Source of the DNA: Klebsormidium nitens
Lineage: Eukaryota > Plantae > Klebsormidiophyceae
DNA length: 64,000 nucleotides
NCBI GenBank assembly: GCA_000708835.1
Contig: DF236995.1
Location: 62,001 to 126,000, forward strand
Reading direction: 5' to 3'
Part shown: positions 61,101 through 64,000 of the stretch, one piece after another
Layout: the number at the start of each line of letters is the position of its first letter
How positions within the stretch are numbered: position 1 is the stretch's first letter
Position numbers and translations under genes: made by a program
The notes under the pieces: generated by a model
Told to the model about the DNA's origin: nothing
The model's database searches: none
The model's input: only the letters and a program-made list of their open reading frames with translations

Positions 61101-63525
61101 TTTCAACCAAGCGCTTTCTGCAGTTCTGCCCCCTTCACCTCATCGCAAATGAGAACCATCTTATCCGTGAAACAAAGCGCTCTTCTTCAACCTAGGCAGA
61201 AGTCGCTTTTAGGGACAGGTAGAGGTCGATTTGAAGGATTGGCGGGGACTTGCTTGAGAGCTTGGCAGACGGCCGGTCAAGACACAATTCTTGAGATGCC
61301 CTCGTTGGGCGTCAACCAGAATCAAGGCTCGTTTGACCGATTCAAACCTCTTCTCTCCACCCCTTCTTGCAGATTCCCATAGCCGTCGCTTTCATATGGG
61401 CAGAAGGCTGCCGGCTTATCAAGAACGAGGAGATCGGAGAAAGCGAGGGGGGGGTTGTTTGGACGAAAAGGGAAGTCATTCGGTATCCGGCGTATGCGTT
61501 TGTAGCAGGCACGCTTGTGGGCATGCTCGGGATCGGGGGGGGGATGCTAATCAACCCGCTGCTGCTGGAGCTGGGGGTTATTCCGCAGGTGAGATCACCC
61601 CCCTGGAAGAGTAAAACCAGGGTTGAGATGGGGAAGGAGGTTACTGATGACGCCTCTACGCTACGACCTGTCCGGGGTGAAGTCCGTATGTCAACGTTTT
61701 CGGGAGAAAGGCTTCTGCGATTCGAGTGGACAAATTCCGATAGCTGTCTCCCAAGTGTAGCGGAGCGTGAGATGGGAAAGGAAGAAACCATTTTGTTCCT
61801 TGCAGCTCAATAGAAAGCTCCCAAATGTGCTTGCTGGAAGGAAGCTCCGTACATCAACAAACCTGTGCACTTGAGTTTCTCTCTCGGCTCATTCTGTCAG
61901 AAAGCGACGGGCGCATTTCCAGCTGATCATTCTGAGTAAACTGTGGTCAAATACACCGACACAATTGAATGGCGACAGGCTTCTGACGTCCTATTTTTTC
62001 TGGTTCCGTTGGTTCAGTTCCCGGTTCTTTTCTCGTTTCTGGCCGTTCGCTCCGAAAAGAAGCTGCGTACAAATGTCCAGCTTTTTTTGCTGTCCGCTTG
62101 CTGACATCTCGTCGCCAATACTTCGTTCCCCAGGTTACGGCTGCCACGTCATTTGTGCTCATCTTCTTCTGCGCCTCTATGGCCGCCGCCCAGTTTGGGA
62201 TCATGGGCCAACTGCCGGTCACCGCAGGTGCGCAAAATTCGTGTTCAGCCCCCTTCTCTTTCCAGCATCTGATCATTCCAGTCGCCGATTATTGGAAGTT
62301 TGCGGAGACTGTCCAATATCACATAAAGCAAGGTTTTTGTAAACGCTCGTGTTCACAACGGTGTGCGCCGTGTCGTCTTGACTGGGCACTCTATCCATTC
62401 TGTCACACGCCGATTACACTAACTATAGCGCATGCAATTCCACCATACTTCCCCGCCTAGTTTGCGCTAACCCACACCCGGACACGGCCCAAACCCCAAA
62501 ACCCAAACCCAAAATCCAACCCAAACCCGAAGTCCAATCCGTAACCTAGCCCAAAAGCTCATCTCGATCCTCTATATTGTACGTGCAGCGCTCGTTTTTA
62601 GCGTGGTATGCGCCGGGTCGTCGTTTCTCGGCAACTCGACCGTCCGGTTGATCGTCGCGAAGCAGGGGCGCGCGTCGGTTATCGTGTTTGCGCTCGCGGG
62701 GATTATGATCACCAGCACGGCGCTCATAGGTGCGTTCCGCTTGTTCCGTAGGATTCCGGCTGCATTCCGCCGGAAGCTTTTTGTTTAAATTTGTGTTTGC
62801 CTTCGTGGGGATTACGATCACCAGCACGGCGCTCATAGGTGCGTCGGGCTTGTTCGGTTGGAATGTGTTTGCATTCCGGCGGAAGCTTTCCGTTCACATC
62901 GTGTTTGCGTTATGATCATCAGCACGGCGCTTATAGGTTCGTCGGGCTTGTTCCGTTGCAGTCGGTTTGCATTCCGGCGGAAGCTTTCCGTTCACATCGT
63001 TTCTCAGTTTCGCGGGCAGCATGATCACCAGCACGGCGCTCTAGATGCGCTTTTTGCGTCTCTGACAACAGCCGCCTCGTTCCTCAAAAGGCCTTCATTC
63101 TATCGGAAGAATCTGTCGTCCTCTCCTGTCCGGAACAAAGGCTACCCAGATTACTCTTGTGTTGTCGATAGTGTTGAGAGGAAGGAGGCTTTCTGGAAGT
63201 CGTTACTTCCAATGGAGTGGCATTTGCAAATGGGCAGAGTACGGCTTAGAGGTAAAACTGGGCAGTTCTTGAATGACAAGAATGTTTGCCCAAGGACAGC
63301 TTGCTGTCATCAAAGTAGCCCCGCCCAGAAGCAGGCAATCGCCGTACTGCTGCCACTTAAAGTCTTGTGGGACAGTTATCAGGATCGCCAGATGCCCAGC
63401 TTGTACCGAACTTAGCGTTGCAGTACGTTGCTTTTGCAGGTATCTTGGGCGGCGCCAATACAATCTACCAGCTTGAGCATGGCGCGTCGTGGGGTTTCCA
63501 TCCCCTCTGCAAGCGTGGAGTGTAG
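55159..63525 (+). CDS. Plant-type sulfite exporter TauE/SafE family membrane protein, about 525 aa
   Basis: Exons 55159-55443, 56504-56663, 56973-57173, 57648-57712, 59074-59223, 59844-59948, 60532-60606, 61373-61588, 62134-62227, 62589-62729 and 63440-63525 splice in frame (1578 nt). Motifs: SSAAGVGGGGLFVPIF, KHP...VDFDLVMLFIPALLTGITVGV, GMLGIGGGMLINPLLLELGVIPQVTAATS, GRASVIVFAL, and C-terminal WGFHPLC. Confidence 0.92.
58085..59070. repeat. Degenerate tandem array of about 8 units of roughly 110-130 bp in TauE intron 4
   Basis: The core CAGATC(CAAATC)AAGCGGGACCAGTCGCC(C/T)ATCCCC...GAAG(A)GGAAGCG recurs at about 58095, 58180, 58295, 58410, 58535, 58668, 58800 and 59017. The last unit runs into the acceptor at 59073. 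Confidence 0.85.
62730..63050 (+). repeat. Three degenerate copies of the TauE exon-10 end plus donor inside intron 10
   Basis: ATGATCACCAGCACGGCGCTCATAG|GTGCGT recurs at about 62810, 62910 and 63020, with a period of about 100 bp. Confidence 0.9.
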
Positions 63526-64000
63526 ACGTCACCAACTTTTGAGGTGATAAAGATGTTATATTCATAGTCAAAGTTGTATACGTATATGAGCGCTCCCCTC
63601 CGTAGAGTCCTCAATCACACAGAGAAGGAAGCGAGTGCCATGCTTTGGCACCTAGCTTGGCATGCGAGTTATATAGATTCGTTTTGAAAATCGAAGACGC
63701 ATCGTACTTTCATATATGAAGGTAATACCGAGCAAAATTGAGTGCAAGCTGCCGCGCAGCTAGAGTGGCTTCCAGAGGCAGATTGTGTCACATATCCACA
63801 GCAGGTAATCTGCTTTTGTCCAACTATTTGCCAAGCCTGAAGCGTCATTGCCCTCAGTAATACCATCAGTGATAATCAGATCGAGCGAAAAGAAGCGCCT
63901 TGTTTTTGTGATTACATTATTATCCCGATCGATTTTGAAGAAGCATTGGATGAGTTCCGTTGCAACAAGCACCTAGGGCGGCGCATATGTCAGTCAGGAC

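Noticed and set aside
1-64000. CRISPR array, rRNA, tRNA, prokaryotic operon, giant-virus hallmark genes or an autonomous transposase
   Set aside because: None recognised. The repeats found are degenerate and intron-associated without unique spacers, and the genes are spliceosomal-intron-containing eukaryotic genes.

Overview
This is eukaryotic, intron-rich genomic DNA with GT-AG introns and one assembly gap (14717-14952). The plant-type genes, the long introns and the moderately GC-rich sequence suggest a streptophyte green alga such as Klebsormidium; this is inference, not shown. Splicing by hand gave five complete genes: (1) a secreted protein of about 394 aa with two C-terminal six-Cys knottin-like modules (15840-21758, +); (2) a SMARCAL1/HARP-type SNF2 annealing helicase of about 1377 aa with three HARP-like repeats (23010-34804, -); (3) a secreted PAN/Apple-like plus Root_cap-domain protein (44136-48060, +); (4) 4-hydroxyphenylpyruvate dioxygenase (49520-54023, -); (5) a plant-type TauE/SafE membrane protein (55159-63525, +). 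There is also a decayed inverted duplicate of the 3' part of the helicase gene (about 37570-41365) and three MITE-like elements. Two things stand out. First, the left 13 kb holds three paralogs of an unrecognised multi-exon gene family; the two copies that are complete in this window both end in a C2HC zinc-finger exon and an acidic C-terminal exon, and they sit head-to-head. Second, at least six introns in four unrelated genes carry degenerate tandem echoes of the neighbouring exon end plus its splice site, often decaying with distance from the exon. This suggests a recurrent junction-duplication process that builds intron sequence.
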